Below, one piece after another: positions 34,950-47,549 of a stretch of 64,000 nucleotides of DNA. The stretch covers positions 372,001-436,000 of the forward strand of contig MU004181.1 in the NCBI GenBank assembly GCA_010093605.1, given 5' to 3'. The position numbers and the translations under genes were made by a program. The notes under the pieces are model-generated. The model ran no database searches and was not told the origin of the DNA. It worked only from the letters and a program-made list of their open reading frames with translations. This DNA is from Lophium mytilinum (taxonomy: Eukaryota). Positions within the stretch are counted from its first letter, which is position 1, and each line of letters begins with the position of its first letter.

Positions 34950-35090
34950 ATTCCATGCAGGAAGTCATTGGTGGGCATCTGTAGTCCAGACAGAAAGTCA
35001 TTGGTGGGCATCTATGGTCCAGACAAGAAGTCATTGGCGGGCATCTGCGGTCCAGACAGGAATTCATTGGCGGACATCTGCAGTCCACTG
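34950..35090. repeat. 33-bp minisatellite x4 (minus strand: QMP(A/T)NDFLSG(L/P))
   Basis: AAGTCATTGGYGGGCATCT-type blocks at 34962, 34995, 35028 and 35061. The same unit plus flank (PAPxVTVQxALDA) occurs at 29125-29225. Confidence 0.9.
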
Positions 35091-37849
35091 GCTGGTGAAC
35101 TGACTGAGCGGGTTGCCTAGAAAGATCGACTCTTTCACGCTCTCGTCGATGACGGAGGACTTGTATAATCGAGTGGTCAACTTCGCGAGTTTGATCTCCG
35201 GAGATTGTGCGTACCGCTGAACAGCCGTCCTTGGGAGCATGAACGGGTTTGACCCCGCAGGGTTCGCGCTTTATTGGCATCTTGTAGTAGAAGAAGTGTG
35301 TTGAAGCTTCGTGTAGAGGGTTGGTGTCGAGTGGTGGACGATGAGGGGATTGCGCGGTTCGCAGCAATGGTGACGTACGTGCTCGGAGGTCGGCTGTCGT
35401 GGGCTCAAAATGACCGCCGAAGTGCAGCCGTACAGGGACGCGGCTCGGAGATGAGTTTTGGAGTGCGGAGGGCTGGAATTGAGGGCATGAAGACTGTTCT
35501 CTGATGTCGATGCCTTGTGCGTCTAACAGCGCAAGTACCGGCGGGCTTTGAGAGCGGCGGTCGGAGAGGCGAAGTCGACTCGAAGGAGAAGGATTTGCAT
35601 AAAGCAGATCGCAGCGTTCTCCTCCACGGGCGTGTGAAACACCACCTCGGGGCCACAGGTGTCTTGTAGCTGCCGAAGATGATGTCCTTTGTAGGAGTAG
35701 AGGGAGCGAGATAGGTCTAGCAATATCGAGATGGGTGCGGAACTTCTCCACGCTGGAGTCGGCGACGGTCTGACAAATGAATGGAGTAGTAGGAGGGCAC
35801 TTTGTCGTTGAAACAACCTTTGGAGTATTATAGGGCAGTGTGCATGCGCAAGCAATAGAGACATGAATGGCCGTGTGCATGGCCGTTAAAGGATGGTGAT
35901 CAGGCACCAGTCTTTTCAAGTCCAAAGACCAACGAGTTTCTTCTTCAATCACCCGGGCAAGCCGAGCCAATCAATGAAAAAATGTTGCGGTTCCAAAGAA
36001 AGTTAAAGGAGACTGAAGGCCGTAGCCAACAACCCACTGTGAGTCGCTCAAAATTTTTCAATCAATGAGACCCCTGCACTGGAGAAAGAAGAAGAGCTTC
36101 CCAAGAGAGAGCTCAAGCTGATATAGTCTCGCGAGGTTAGCTGCTTAGTCAGCCATAAAGCTGACTCATCAACGCTAGTCGTTTCAACAAGGTCCAGATC
36201 AACGTTGTGGTCAGGCCCGCGTCGGTCCCTGGCGTGCCTGGCAAGGCCGGCTGCGTGATTATCTTTGGCATCGAATGCCTAATGCGTCGCGCGAAGACAG
36301 GCCGACACAGGTCGCGTTGAGGGCCGGGATTACTAATCGACCAGCATTGGTGAAGCGGCATTGCATGGGATGAGGTTTGAAGTAATTCGAGATTCACCGA
36401 GTTGACGCGAGAGTAGAGTGATAGTATCAACTGAGTAATCTAGTTGTCGCTCCAATCTATGAGCACGAACAATGCGCTCGGCACCGGATACCAAACATCA
36501 TCATATACCTTGCTCTCTGGGCAATTCCAATTCACAACCATGACGAGCTCCTCCTCCCATCCCCAACAGAGCTAGTCACCAACCTTCCAACTCTATCTCT
36601 CGCGGGCGAGCAAGGAAACTCGAGTGAAGGGAGCCCAGCAAGCGGGCGTGACGCGATTCAATAAAACAAAGTCAGCAGGAGATGGTGGTAGGAAGGCGTC
36701 TGGTACAATAGGCTATATCTTTGCTTAGCGACGAGAAGTGGTCTTAGGCCCGCCCTTAGTCCTCGCCGTCTCCCCATCGTGCTGAACTTGTTTCGGAATG
36801 CGTCCATCGGCGCGGGACAGAGAGCGCTGGGGCAGTCGCGTCGATCACCGTGAGGTGCGACTCTGGGTGAATATCTGGAAATGGGAACGTTTGCATGGAG
36901 ATTTGTTGCGCCTTAGGGATCCGAGACTCGGTCATGTACATCAAGAATCATGTTCTGCCGTGAGTCAAGCTCCCGTTCGCGCAACAGGAGCTGATGTCGA
37001 AGATCTGGCCTGTGAGGAGCCTTCTTAAAGCGTTCCGTTCGACATTCCAGCTTCAGGTCTTGGGCAGTGATCTTGCGAGCTCGCATTCTGGCACTTTTAG
37101 ATCTCATTACCGACTCATTTGCGAAGACGGCAACATCTCCCAGGAAGAAGTTCAAGTTGTGGGAGTACCTGTCCAGTAGTGACGAGACTCTCTCCTCTTT
37201 GACGGAGACATCGCGCTTCTATGTTGTAGATTCATTGCAGACATACACCAGAGCTCCCGAAATGCTTCATGAAGGCCAGGAGGCGATCTTAACCTATGCG
37301 CTGGATTCGATGCCCGCATGTAGCGCAAGATATCTCGTTCTTGAGAAGCTACCGGGCCAAGATGAGCCATAAGGAGGTCAGATTTTGTTTTGAGAAAGAG
37401 CGCATGTTGAAAATGAGAGTCATGTGACGAGGCGCCGTGAAAGACGACATGACCATCGCATGGTAATACTAAGCTTGCAAAGAAGGCGTATCTGAGGCTT
37501 GTAGTCCCGGTGAGATTGGAAGTGGATTCACTCTTCGATCAAATGGAAAACGACTCTGGTTTGGTCTCTGGATGAGACCTTGCGCTGTTCCTGTATAGGA
37601 GTGGTTCGTGTTCACTTGGAAAGCCGGCGGAGTGGTTCATGAGGGCTTAGAGGCGGCTCGGGTCCACACTGCCTTCGCCGCCTTTACCTAGGGTGTTGCT
37701 CTATTTCCAAGGGCAAGAGTTTTAGCACGGCAGATGGTTTGTCCGGGTTGTTGCAGCGCGTCGAGAAGGCTGGCTGGTGGGAATGGCGAGTCGTTTCCGT
37801 CCATGCCGACCGCACCAACGAGCTGGCGAAGGAAGGCACAGCTCATCAA

Positions 37850-38561
37850 GGCTCGACGTATGCAGCTCGCTACAAGAACCTTGGCTACTTTTTCACATGT
37901 AGACGGCAAGCAGACGAGCCGGAACCTGTCAATCGGATGGTTATGATTCCAGGTCGTGTCAGTAATTTTTACGAGCTTGATCAAAAGTTACGACTTCTTG
38001 TTTGAGCGCGAGTTGTGCAGGTCGGCCGTCCCTTCGCCGCTCTTGCCGGGCTTCCTCGCTCTTGTTCCATGTTCGCGAATTGCAGCGAGATCTGGTTTGT
38101 CCCAGTTGATGGAGTCCGTCGAGAAGACGAATTGTCGGGGAATAGGGCGCTTCCGTCATTCATGCGCACCATCATGACACCCTGGTGAAGAAACGCGGGC
38201 GCTTAGATCATCTGGACGAAGAATCGCCAGATGATGGACTCCGGGAAGGGCCTCTTGCTTGTGTCCATGTACTCGCTACCCGATAGTACCTCAGGTTCCC
38301 CATCGGACATAACCCGAGGGAGAGGCTGCGAATCCCCAGACTCGGCGTATGCAGCTCAAAGCCGAGCAACTCGACGATCCGATCCCAGGCCGACAGCATG
38401 CAAGCGAGCCGGCTCACCCCCATACGGCAGTTGTCCTTGTCCGAGGGCGTGTTAAGCATCTTGACAACTTTGATCACAAGCTTCGTCTCCCGGCTCTAGC
38501 GCGACGTGTACAAGTCGGCCGTGCCCTCGCCGCCCCTGTCGAGTATCCGCGTCTGCTCATA
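37850..38561 (-). pseudogene. Two tandem decayed protein kinase N-lobe relics
   Basis: YEQTRILDRGGEGTADLYTSR*SRETKLVIKVVKM...RIVELLGFE...SLSLGLCPMGNL resembles kinase subdomains I-V (Gly loop, VAxK, NIVxL, EYCxxGDL). A second copy, RKPGKSGEGTADLHNSR...*LLIKLVK, lies 493 bp away. Confidence 0.7.
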
Positions 38562-40614
38562 GGTGTGCGAGTCGTGGCGGTGGCTGATTCTGTGCGACTT
38601 GGAACGCGTGCGGTAGCAGCATCGGGGAGCACGGCGAGCACGGCAAGCTGTACGCTTGTAGCCGTTCGCGATTCGATGTGCGACTGAAGTCAAGGATGTA
38701 ATCCAGCGGCTCCGTGGCTGTGTAAGGAGTGGAGTAGAAAGTCAGGAGGTCGTGTACCAAGCTCTGGCGCGGTCGAGTCGCCTTCCCACTAGGTGCCGCC
38801 CAGCGGGTGGAGAAGGGCGGCACGATGCTGGTATTTTGGGTAACATCACGAGTAGGCGATCTCTTCCATAGAGGAGGATAAATGACGAGGGAGTCTTGTT
38901 GAAAGGAACGACGTGGTATTCTTCCTACGTGATGTGCATTGCCATTCCAAGCTCGACTAGCTCTGCCGTCCAACGTGCTCGATCTTACATCGAACTCGTG
39001 TCCCGGCATGTACCGGCTGGCGCCTCCACCTAGTACTTGAAGACTTAAGGCTCATCGTGCTCGTCGTACTCGTCGTCGTTGTCCTAAACTTGGCTCAGGC
39101 TTGAAGTCCCCTGATCTTCATCCGAATCAGAATCAGAATCTACAACCTTGACATCTCAGCCAACATCTTCGCACAGCTCATTGGGAAATCCCACTCCCTC
39201 TATCATCTCGACAATTTCGGCCTCGAATCCGATAGTGACGATAGGCAGCTCATCTCTGAAGGACTTGGCAAGGTAGGCCCAATTGTACCTGTATCGTACC
39301 TTGGCATGTGACAGCTCGCGGCGAATGATAGTCAAGTCGCATGGTCTGTCCTTGACAGTGATGAACATGTCATACTTTCCTGCGTTCACATCATAGATCG
39401 ACTTGTATTCGTCTGGATTGTCCTCTTTTCTCGGACTTTTGGCGTTCTTTCTGCCTCGGCGTGGCGGGCTACTAAGTTCAGAGCGGGTGCCGGGCGTATC
39501 CAGGAAACGGGGCGCTCCGACAACGACTAGACCGTCTCACATCTTCGCCATCTCCGCCGATGCTGAACAGGCTCAACACATGCCAACGGCAGTAGCTGCG
39601 ACCGTGACCCAGGCGTGACTTTTGCCGAGTGATAGAAGCAGGCCCGTGGTGTCTGAGGTACTCGAGGAAGAGGAAGTTGTTATCTGAGGCGAGGTTGAGG
39701 AGTTCGGGCTTGGGGTGCACTCCACAAGGCACGACATGGAGGGCGGGAATCGGCGGCCGCGGAGAGAAGTGCGACGGCAAGATCGGATGCTGGGAGCGGT
39801 AGAATAGCGAAGCTCTTGACGATCCCGAGTCTTGTCAGTAGTCTTATCCTTGCGTTCAGACTGAGCTGGTCGCGTGGTTTCAGGCTTCAGCGTTAGCTCC
39901 CTACTTTGGAGGAGTTGGCTTTACGACTTTTTTCCCTATCAGCGTTTGTGCACGTTGACTTCGAGGTCGAAGAAGTCGAGGAAACGGTCTACAAGCGCTG
40001 GCTTCCTGGGCATGTTGGGTTGGGACATGACGTTAGGTTTCTGTTTGGATGAGAGATGGTGGTAGAATGTGCGCATGCAAGAACGGCAGCTTGGGACGAT
40101 GTTGGACTGATTGCTGTAACTGGAGAGCTGGTTGAGGTTGGGACAGAGAAAGAAGTATCTTTATACGGCGTTGAAGATCTTGCGCAGGCTTCCGCGTTGT
40201 CCTGGGGTGAATTCCCAACAGTCAAGGAAAGTGCTGACGCCGCTCGAGTGACCCAGCTGAGGGTGATCGCAAACTTTTATCCGACCGACAAAGTACGAGG
40301 GGAAGCTCCTGTGGCGGTTCATAGCTGAGAAGTTGTTCTCAACCTTCTCGTTGATGGGCAGGATCTCAGGCTTATCGTCGAAAGTACGATGGTTCCAAAT
40401 AGTACCGTAGGACGCAGTGGGAGAAGCTTGGCTGGGCCAATCATCCGGTACATTGGGGTAGTGAAGCTTGCCGCTAACGCTCTCATTGTGTAGGCCCTGA
40501 ACGACGCTGAGGGTCGGATCCACGAACTTCGGACCGAGCGCGTGCGAGGTGACGTACTCTGCACTTTCCTGCGTCTGATCATCGAAGACGGTGCGGGCCA
40601 TGGGGTTTTTGTCA

Positions 40615-40890
40615 GGGTCCGAGGGTTATGGGGAGAGACTAGAGGCTTGCAGCGCTATCTTCACGAGGACGCGAGGCCCAGCCTTCGAGGCAATTACTGG
40701 GGTCCGAGGGCTACGGAGATAGACTAGAGGCTGCCCGCTATGGAGATAGACTAGAGGCTGGCAGCGCTTTCTCCACGAGAACACGAGGCCAGGCTGTCGA
40801 GACAGCTAGACTCCGAGGGCTCTGGGGAGAGACTAGAGCTGGCAGCGCTATCTCCACGAGACGCGAGACCAGGACCTGTCGAGGCAGCTG
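40615..40890. repeat. Three imperfect ~85-110 bp tandem units (TCCGAGGG..GGAGA(G/T)AGACTAGAG..GCAGCGCTWTCTYCACGAG)
   Basis: AGACTAGAG recurs four times and GCAGCGCT..CACGAG three times. Confidence 0.75.
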
Positions 40891-41389
40891 GAAGGGCGAT
40901 AGATTGTCGCCTGAAGGTGCGTTAGTTTCCAGGAGGCTTTTAAGAGATATGCAGAACACGAGAAAACACATACCTGCGCACGTCGTCAAGGCATCTCTCC
41001 GTGTCTTGCGCCGCGCAGGGTATCCGAAAAGAAGAAAAGAGGTGTGAGGTCTGCGGTTGAGGGAGCGAAGATTCGTGGTGGCTGTCAAACGAGCAAGTAG
41101 TGGGGGCGATGTTGGGCGGAGAAGAACGCCGGGCAGAGCCAAGCCGAATCAAAGAGACCGGAAGGTGCCGTCTCGCCACCAGTCTCCGCGGGCGTGTCTG
41201 CCACACAGGGTGCAAAGCATGCGGCCTCGAGCAGGGCGGAGGTTGCAGAATTGTTCGCTGAACGCAGTCTTAGGATTCATTTTGTCAAGAGACGAGGGAG
41301 TGGCAGAAGGTGCAAAAGAAGGATAGCCTTAATGTTATATCGAGATCTTTAGCGGCTACTACAAGAGGTGGTAAAGATAAAACAAAGGC

Positions 41390-41499
41390 TAAAAAAAACA
41401 TCGGGACTCGAACCCGGGCCCTTAGACGAGAGAGGATAAGAAACTAGTAAGCTGTTAGCACTGTTCCTTAACCACCCTCACCGTGAACAGGTGAGGGCG
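41390..41499 (-). ncRNA. tRNA-derived / Pol III-like relic (pseudo-tRNA or SINE head)
   Basis: Minus strand: GGTGAGGGTGGTTAAG (A-box/D-arm-like) ... CCGGGTTCGAGTCCCG (B-box/T-arm), followed by a T-run. No acceptor stem can be formed. Confidence 0.5.
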
Positions 41500-44400
41500 A
41501 AAGACGGTCGAATTTATTGCCTTTATATAGCCTAGCTAGACAACACGTCTGTGCGGGGTACCGCCTTTGCTGGGGAGCTGTGCTGCCTAGGTAACGCCCA
41601 CGGGATCTCTAAAGTGAAGGGAGAGTGGAAATCTTGATGCCATTCAGATTAAGCTACCCCTCGAGGGATGATTCTTGACTCGTTGTAGCACGGGGACAAT
41701 CTGAAAAGCAATTTGAGGCAGCAATCAAATTGAAAAGTCATCGTAGTTTCAAGCCTGCTGGCCCATACTCATGCAAAATCCTACAAATATCCAACCACTA
41801 TTATCGAGCTTCCGGTAAAGGGGAAGTCATCTAATTTCTAATCTTTGACTATTTTGAAACTTAGTCTCATGTATCTCTCAATTGTGAAGTTTCTTCTGGA
41901 TGCGCACTTCTCCTCCTTGAAATCCTCACAACCTCCCCATCCTGTCGGATCGAAGAGTAGCCTGGGGTTATCCGTGCACCACGAAGATCGTGACTCTAGA
42001 AAAACCCATTGAATCGCTTACATTCAAACTCAGGCCAACTACTTGGGTGACTGAAGTCTATTTCCACATACACACTATCCCAATCGGAGCTACATTGCTA
42101 GCCGTTGTGCTTCTAGACGTCTTGAGGGCATTCTTTCACATCTTGCTTGCCATCGGGCTTCCCCTACTTGATTCCGACAGGATGAAATGCTTGACCAAAA
42201 GGAGATACGTCCTCTGGCGTACCTTGAGATGCACTACCACCCCTGCTTTCAGGATCTCGTTAATAGTAACAAACCTAGGAGTTAATACGCCGACTGGGAC
42301 ATGGTGCAGGATGCCAGAGGACAGTACGTGTCGCAATCCAGCTCTGCAAAGTAGCGAAGTGTGGCATCTAGCTTGACGTACTGCTGACGTCCTCGGTTAT
42401 ATAGGCTCTATTGTGGAACTTTCCCGTGGGGTGCACGATGATTATCGCATTGCAATTAATGTTCTGCTCTGGTGTATCGATATTGCCTTTGGCCGGTTCG
42501 ATGAAGTTGTGGTTAGTCGCTGGCTTTAAGTTATGACCAACACCAGACATTTTCTCACTCGTCTGGCTTGATCCCAGGACACAGAGATACCCGCAACGAG
42601 AAGATGGACAAGGATCCGTAGCTTTTACGTTCGCGGAATACGCAAAATAGCATCTAAAGAGGCAAATCCGGAAAGCTTCGATGGCGAGATCACCAACGAT
42701 GTTCGCCCTATCCAGATGAGAGTGGTATCCGTTAGAAATTGTAAAAGCTTCTCTGGAGAAACATTCGTTCTTAATGGTACAGAGGGAGACCGAGCGGGAC
42801 GAAGCTGCAGTTGTCGGGGCTTGTTTTTCGATGGCGGAGGATGCTGCCACGAGATCACGGAAGAAGGAGCTATATACCGTGTACGTCATGTAGTGAATGG
42901 AGGAGTTGCGGTTGGAGAAGGAAGAGGTGCCTGGAGTAAGCTGAGCCTATATACAAGGCATCCCTGCCGTACCCGCCACCACTGCTTCCTAACACGGAGT
43001 ATCTTCCACCAACGTTCCATGGAGAATCTGCTACCCGTCCTTTGACTCCATCCAGTGAGGATGATGCCCGCCACATCGATCTCAGAGGATCTCCCCGGAT
43101 TGTAGTGCGTCCGGAATGCGGCATTCATCTTCGTCAATTGAAGGGAAAGATCCATGGGAGCGACTCCACGGTATTCGCGCAGTTCTTTCATATTCCCAAC
43201 CCACGTAGTCACCTTCTGTTTCGCCAATTCCATACCAGCAACGACAGAGTCACTTCTCTTTAGCTCATTATCCAGCATTTCTCTGTGTTCAAGCCCATAT
43301 CGATTGCTTGGATTATCTCATTCGCGATTTTTGCCTCGCAATTTCCTCGATCCCACTTAGTGTAGTTTTGACACTACCTCCGTCCTTTGACGTAGCCTTT
43401 GCCCGGCCCCTGCCTCACGCAATGACACCCGCAAAGCCTCTTGAGATTTCTTACCGCTACGGCAGTCGATGGTGTCTTGTAGCTTGGCTGGTCAAGGTTT
43501 GAGATGTTTCTTCGGAGTTTGAAGCGCTCTTCCAGTATCAAAATCGGCTAAGCATCAGCTGCAATCCCCGCGAGCGACGGTGGCTGAGGAAGCGGCTAGT
43601 TCGAGTGGGCCGTTCATTGGAGAGGATTTGAGGCGTACGACATGGGAGGAGACGCGGGGAGGTTCCGAAGTGTAGGATTGTCGTCGTCATCTCCAGATGT
43701 GAATGCACTGATGATGAAGTTAGCTGTTGACTGATCGTCTACCTGCTGGTTGGGGCTCTTTGTCCAGGAAACTTCGACGACCCGGCAAAGATGGAGCCCA
43801 TCTCGAGAGAGGTGAGGCGGGGTAGTATGGAGGCGGCGAAGAGGAGGAATATAGCAGTGATAATTTCTGGGACACCAGCAGCACGCACATAGTGCCCGAG
43901 CTCTAAATTACAATCTGTGGAGAGGATACTACGGGCGAATGTGGCGATGGAAACGCGTATCAGCTGCATGGACCTGATATAAGGACGCGGGTCACATCAC
44001 GACATTCACGCAAAACGCAGTCACAGCATGAAAAGATGTATGAGCTTGACAACCCGCCTGTTACTAACTTACTGAGAGGTGGATCAGTCCTGCGACTGGT
44101 GCAATTGAAAGTGGTGTGTGTAATATCTTTTGGAACTTACTCCTATCCGCTAGGTTCAGGTCGATGTCCAAGAAATCTCGATCTATCGTGTCTAGCATCA
44201 TGAGCATCAGAATCGACTTAAAATGCTCCGCCTTACTTCTCTCCTTCCCATCCACCTTATATGGGATAGTCAGATATGGTTGCAGCGCTAAACCCAGAAC
44301 AACGACAAATAGATCACCTGACCTGGTTCAGAGACCGGGACCACAGGTGTAGAACCCGTGCCATCAAGCCATTAGCTCAAGATTTTCTTTGGTTATGGTT

Positions 44401-45280
44401 AGCTATAAAAGACGGTCTAGTAAATCCAGAACCGTTTTTTAGCAGGCAGAGCAAGAGCAACAGGCCCGATCCCACATGGCGGCATCGACTGGAGGATGCT
44501 GTTGTCGTCATGGAAGATCAATACTTGGTCTCGACAACTAAAATGGCGGCATCAACTAGTGGAAGACATAGTCGTCACGGGGGATTGAAAGCTGGTTGCG
44601 AAGACTGCCATGGCGGCATCAACTAGGAGTAGCTGTTGTCGCTATGGGATATTGGATTTCTGCAATTCGGTCTGGAAGAGTTCCATGGCTAGTTTCGTAG
44701 TGCAAAACATGGATCGAGGAGGCTCATGGGCGAAGAGGCTCATGGGAGAGGAGTGCTAGATGGGTGGATGATGATGAGAAGCAGTGTTGAATGTCGATGT
44801 TGGGCAGCTGCTTCAGTAAGCTTTGACGTGAGTGTCATTGATGGTGGTTTCAATGATCAATGGCTATTATGGCTGGTCATCATCATCGACGGTAAATATC
44901 TTTGCTCAGTTCGCCGGGTGCGCTGTTCACTATCATAGTCTCTCTCTCGGCCTTCCACAGTTTTCTCAATTCCTAGGCATCGTGAGAGGACATCAATGCT
45001 ATCACCTTCAAGTCTCAAGATCTCATAAGGTCCATCATGCAACGCCCCTCGATATCAACGAGATCGTATTAACCTCGAAGCTGATACCCTCATAGCCTAC
45101 GGCGTAGATTCAAACATTCCCTCTCCTCCGAGCCCTCGACCTCGAAACGAGGAGACCGAATAAGGCCGTCGTAGTAGCCTACGATATCAACGCCGCCGAG
45201 CGTACTGGCCATGAGGCCCATGCAAATGGGTACGAGATCGGCCTTGCTGAGTGGTGGATTTTGAGCAAGGAGGCTTCGGA

Positions 45281-45496
45281 GAGTTCTTGTTAGCAGCCAT
45301 CGAACCTCCATCTGCGGAAGTCGTCGACAGCTCGATCATGAGCCCGCAAGACCTGGACGCAGTCACATGATACGAAAAACTCATCCCGTTTGGAATATGA
45401 CCCCCGGCTGTGCCGTTTAATCCCTCACTCGGCAAGATGATTCTGATGGGCATCCTATTCCGCGGCTTAGACACCATGCTCATCCTCAGCGCGTCT
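45281..45496 (+). pseudogene. Fragment of a DEAH-box RNA helicase (winged-helix/HA2 region; DHX30/DHX36-like)
   Basis: One frame: EFLLAAIEPPSAEVVDSSIMSPQDLDAVT*YEKLIPFGI*PPAVPFNPSLGKMILMGILFRGLDTMLILSA, matching the pattern FL..A.EPP...L..L.AL...E.LTPLG..LA.LP..P.LGKMIL.G..F.CLDP.L; two stops. Confidence 0.8.
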
Positions 45497-45589
45497 TCAC
45501 GGGCAGGTCTCTTTTGCTCAACCCAATCCACATTGACACCGGATCTAGATCATCCCTCTCTAGCTGTTTCACTTGGCTTTGACCTCTGG

Positions 45590-45812
45590 ATTCTCGTTCT
45601 CCCTCGCTAGGGTAGGTTTGACGCCTGTGGTAACAATCGAGAGATGTTGCGCAAGAAGGCCGCTAGACGAGACCGCTGGTGGGAACTCTACGAGCTTTAC
45701 TAGCGATCGGGATCTTTCGATCTATGAATTCTCGTTCCCACTCGCTGGTGAAGGCTTAACGCCCGTGATAAAAGCCAAAGGATGCTGCGCAAGACGGCCA
45801 CTAGACGGGAGA
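45590..45812. repeat. ~140-bp-period imperfect direct repeat
   Basis: TTCTCGTTC..CTCGCT...ACGCCYGTG...GATGYTGCGCAAGAMGGCCRCTAGACG at about 45591 and 45729. Confidence 0.7.
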
Positions 45813-47549
45813 GACGGAGAAGGGTCTGCGAGCATCAGTGAGTATCGTTAGATCACGAGATCTAACCGCCCTTACGCTTCCCGCCTCTTCCCTCCACAAT
45901 CCGCTCACCGCGCCGCGAGCATCGAAGCATAAAGACTCAACAAAACCCTCCGTTGAGGTACCCCCACACCACCGGGGCCAATCAATGCCACCCCCTGGTG
46001 CAGATGTCGAAGTACAAAGACTCAACAAACCATTCCCCCGGGCGCGGGGTGGCCTGATTAGGGGTGAGTGGGGTCATTTGGGTGAGGGCACCTCCCTTTC
46101 CTGGGGCGATTTGCCCCGCGGGTGGCCCCATCGCCTACCTTGCTGCAGCAGTGGGCCGCTCAGCGCTGTTTTTGTTGAGTCTTTATAGTTCGACGCGCGC
46201 GGTGTGCTGCAGCATGGCGTGGGGAGGGGGCGATGGGGTTACCCGCGCCAATGCTCCAGCTTCTCAGCGTAGATGGTGGGGATGGGACGCTCCTAAAGGC
46301 GCAGACTGACATGTTGTCGGGGTTATCGCTGTAGTATCGAGGGGCTGCCTTTGGGTCGACTTTCGTGGCGCCATCACGAGATGAGAGTGAATCAGATTGC
46401 CTCCGGCGCTGCTGCGTAAAAGTTGCTACCAGCAGCCCAGCATGGGCTGTGCTAGTCTGCCATCCGCGCACCCACTTTTGATTGCCCCAAAAAGTCGCCG
46501 GAGAAGAGAAAACGTCCATGAGATGAGAAGTTTCGAAGACAGAAATAAGGGCCATTGCCCCAGGGACTGAAGTCGAGATCGAGGCCATATCAGCGACGCG
46601 GACCGAACCTCTTTGCTTCCTTGCGGCATTCACTAACAAGAAGTCCAAGACAACAAGGAATCCTCGCATCCCCTAGGCGAAGGTCCGCAGCTAAGGCATC
46701 CAGTTCCGTTCAACATGCCCGTTCCCGCTTTGATAAAGCAAACGACGTTTGCTAATCTTCTTTCAGTATGCGTAAAAGACACCAAACAAAAGAAGTCTTC
46801 ACTGGAGAAGCCGGCCAGCCGAAACCAAGCCGGTTGTGTGTCCCTTTTTTTGGGTTCTTCCGAGCTGAATTCAAGCCTAAAGGAAACCAGTTGTAGGACA
46901 TGAAGGAAGAATGTTCGCTCCTGCGCGGGAAGCAAAGCTCCATCGTCCCATAGCTAAAGGCGAGACATGTGTGAGGTGTGCCAACCGCGCGAGGGAATAC
47001 AGATGAGCATCAACTACCGACAACGGATTTCTTTCAAAGAAGCGGGATCGCGGAGGAGCATGAGACATGAAGGCCCCAATTCGGTATTGGTGTCGATGCG
47101 CTGCGACATCCTCCACATTTCTAAAATCCGGATAGGGACATTTACTTAGCATGGTAACTGTGGTCCTTCTCCCAGATGCCATTTTCGTTTGGAGACTCCA
47201 GTTGCATCTAGGTTCTCCGATCGCGAGGGCTTAGGCGGTGGCTATCGATCCTATTGCGAGCGTCGGTTGCTTTGGCTGACGTCCCTCATACCTCGTAGCT
47301 GCCCAGACCTCCTATGCCTCAACGCTTGATCCTAGATCCGTTCGCGGGCTCTGGGATTCGATCGACGATGTCCAATCCGGCATGCTCACGGATCCTCTCC
47401 GGCCGTCCATGGTGTCAACTTCTCTCGAAGATTTAGCAGATGAGAGGCTAAGATTTCCCCCACCGCGCATTCCATGAACCCAGAAGTCATTTTCAACCCT
47501 ATCCGATCCCCGAATAAAGATTGACCCAGGGGCTTGCGCACAAATGACC

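Noticed and set aside
33243..35970. Long minus-strand ORFs 33243..34301 (352 aa) and 34873..35970 (365 aa)
   Set aside because: Low-complexity Pro/Arg/Ser translations without recognisable domains; the second runs through the minisatellite in a different frame from the shared motif.
39000..43300. ORFs 39156..39389, 40161..40601, 42368..42889 and 42886..43278 as transposase, Fanzor or Starship captain relics
   Set aside because: I could not find DDE, RuvC, RT or tyrosine-recombinase motifs; a profile search is needed.
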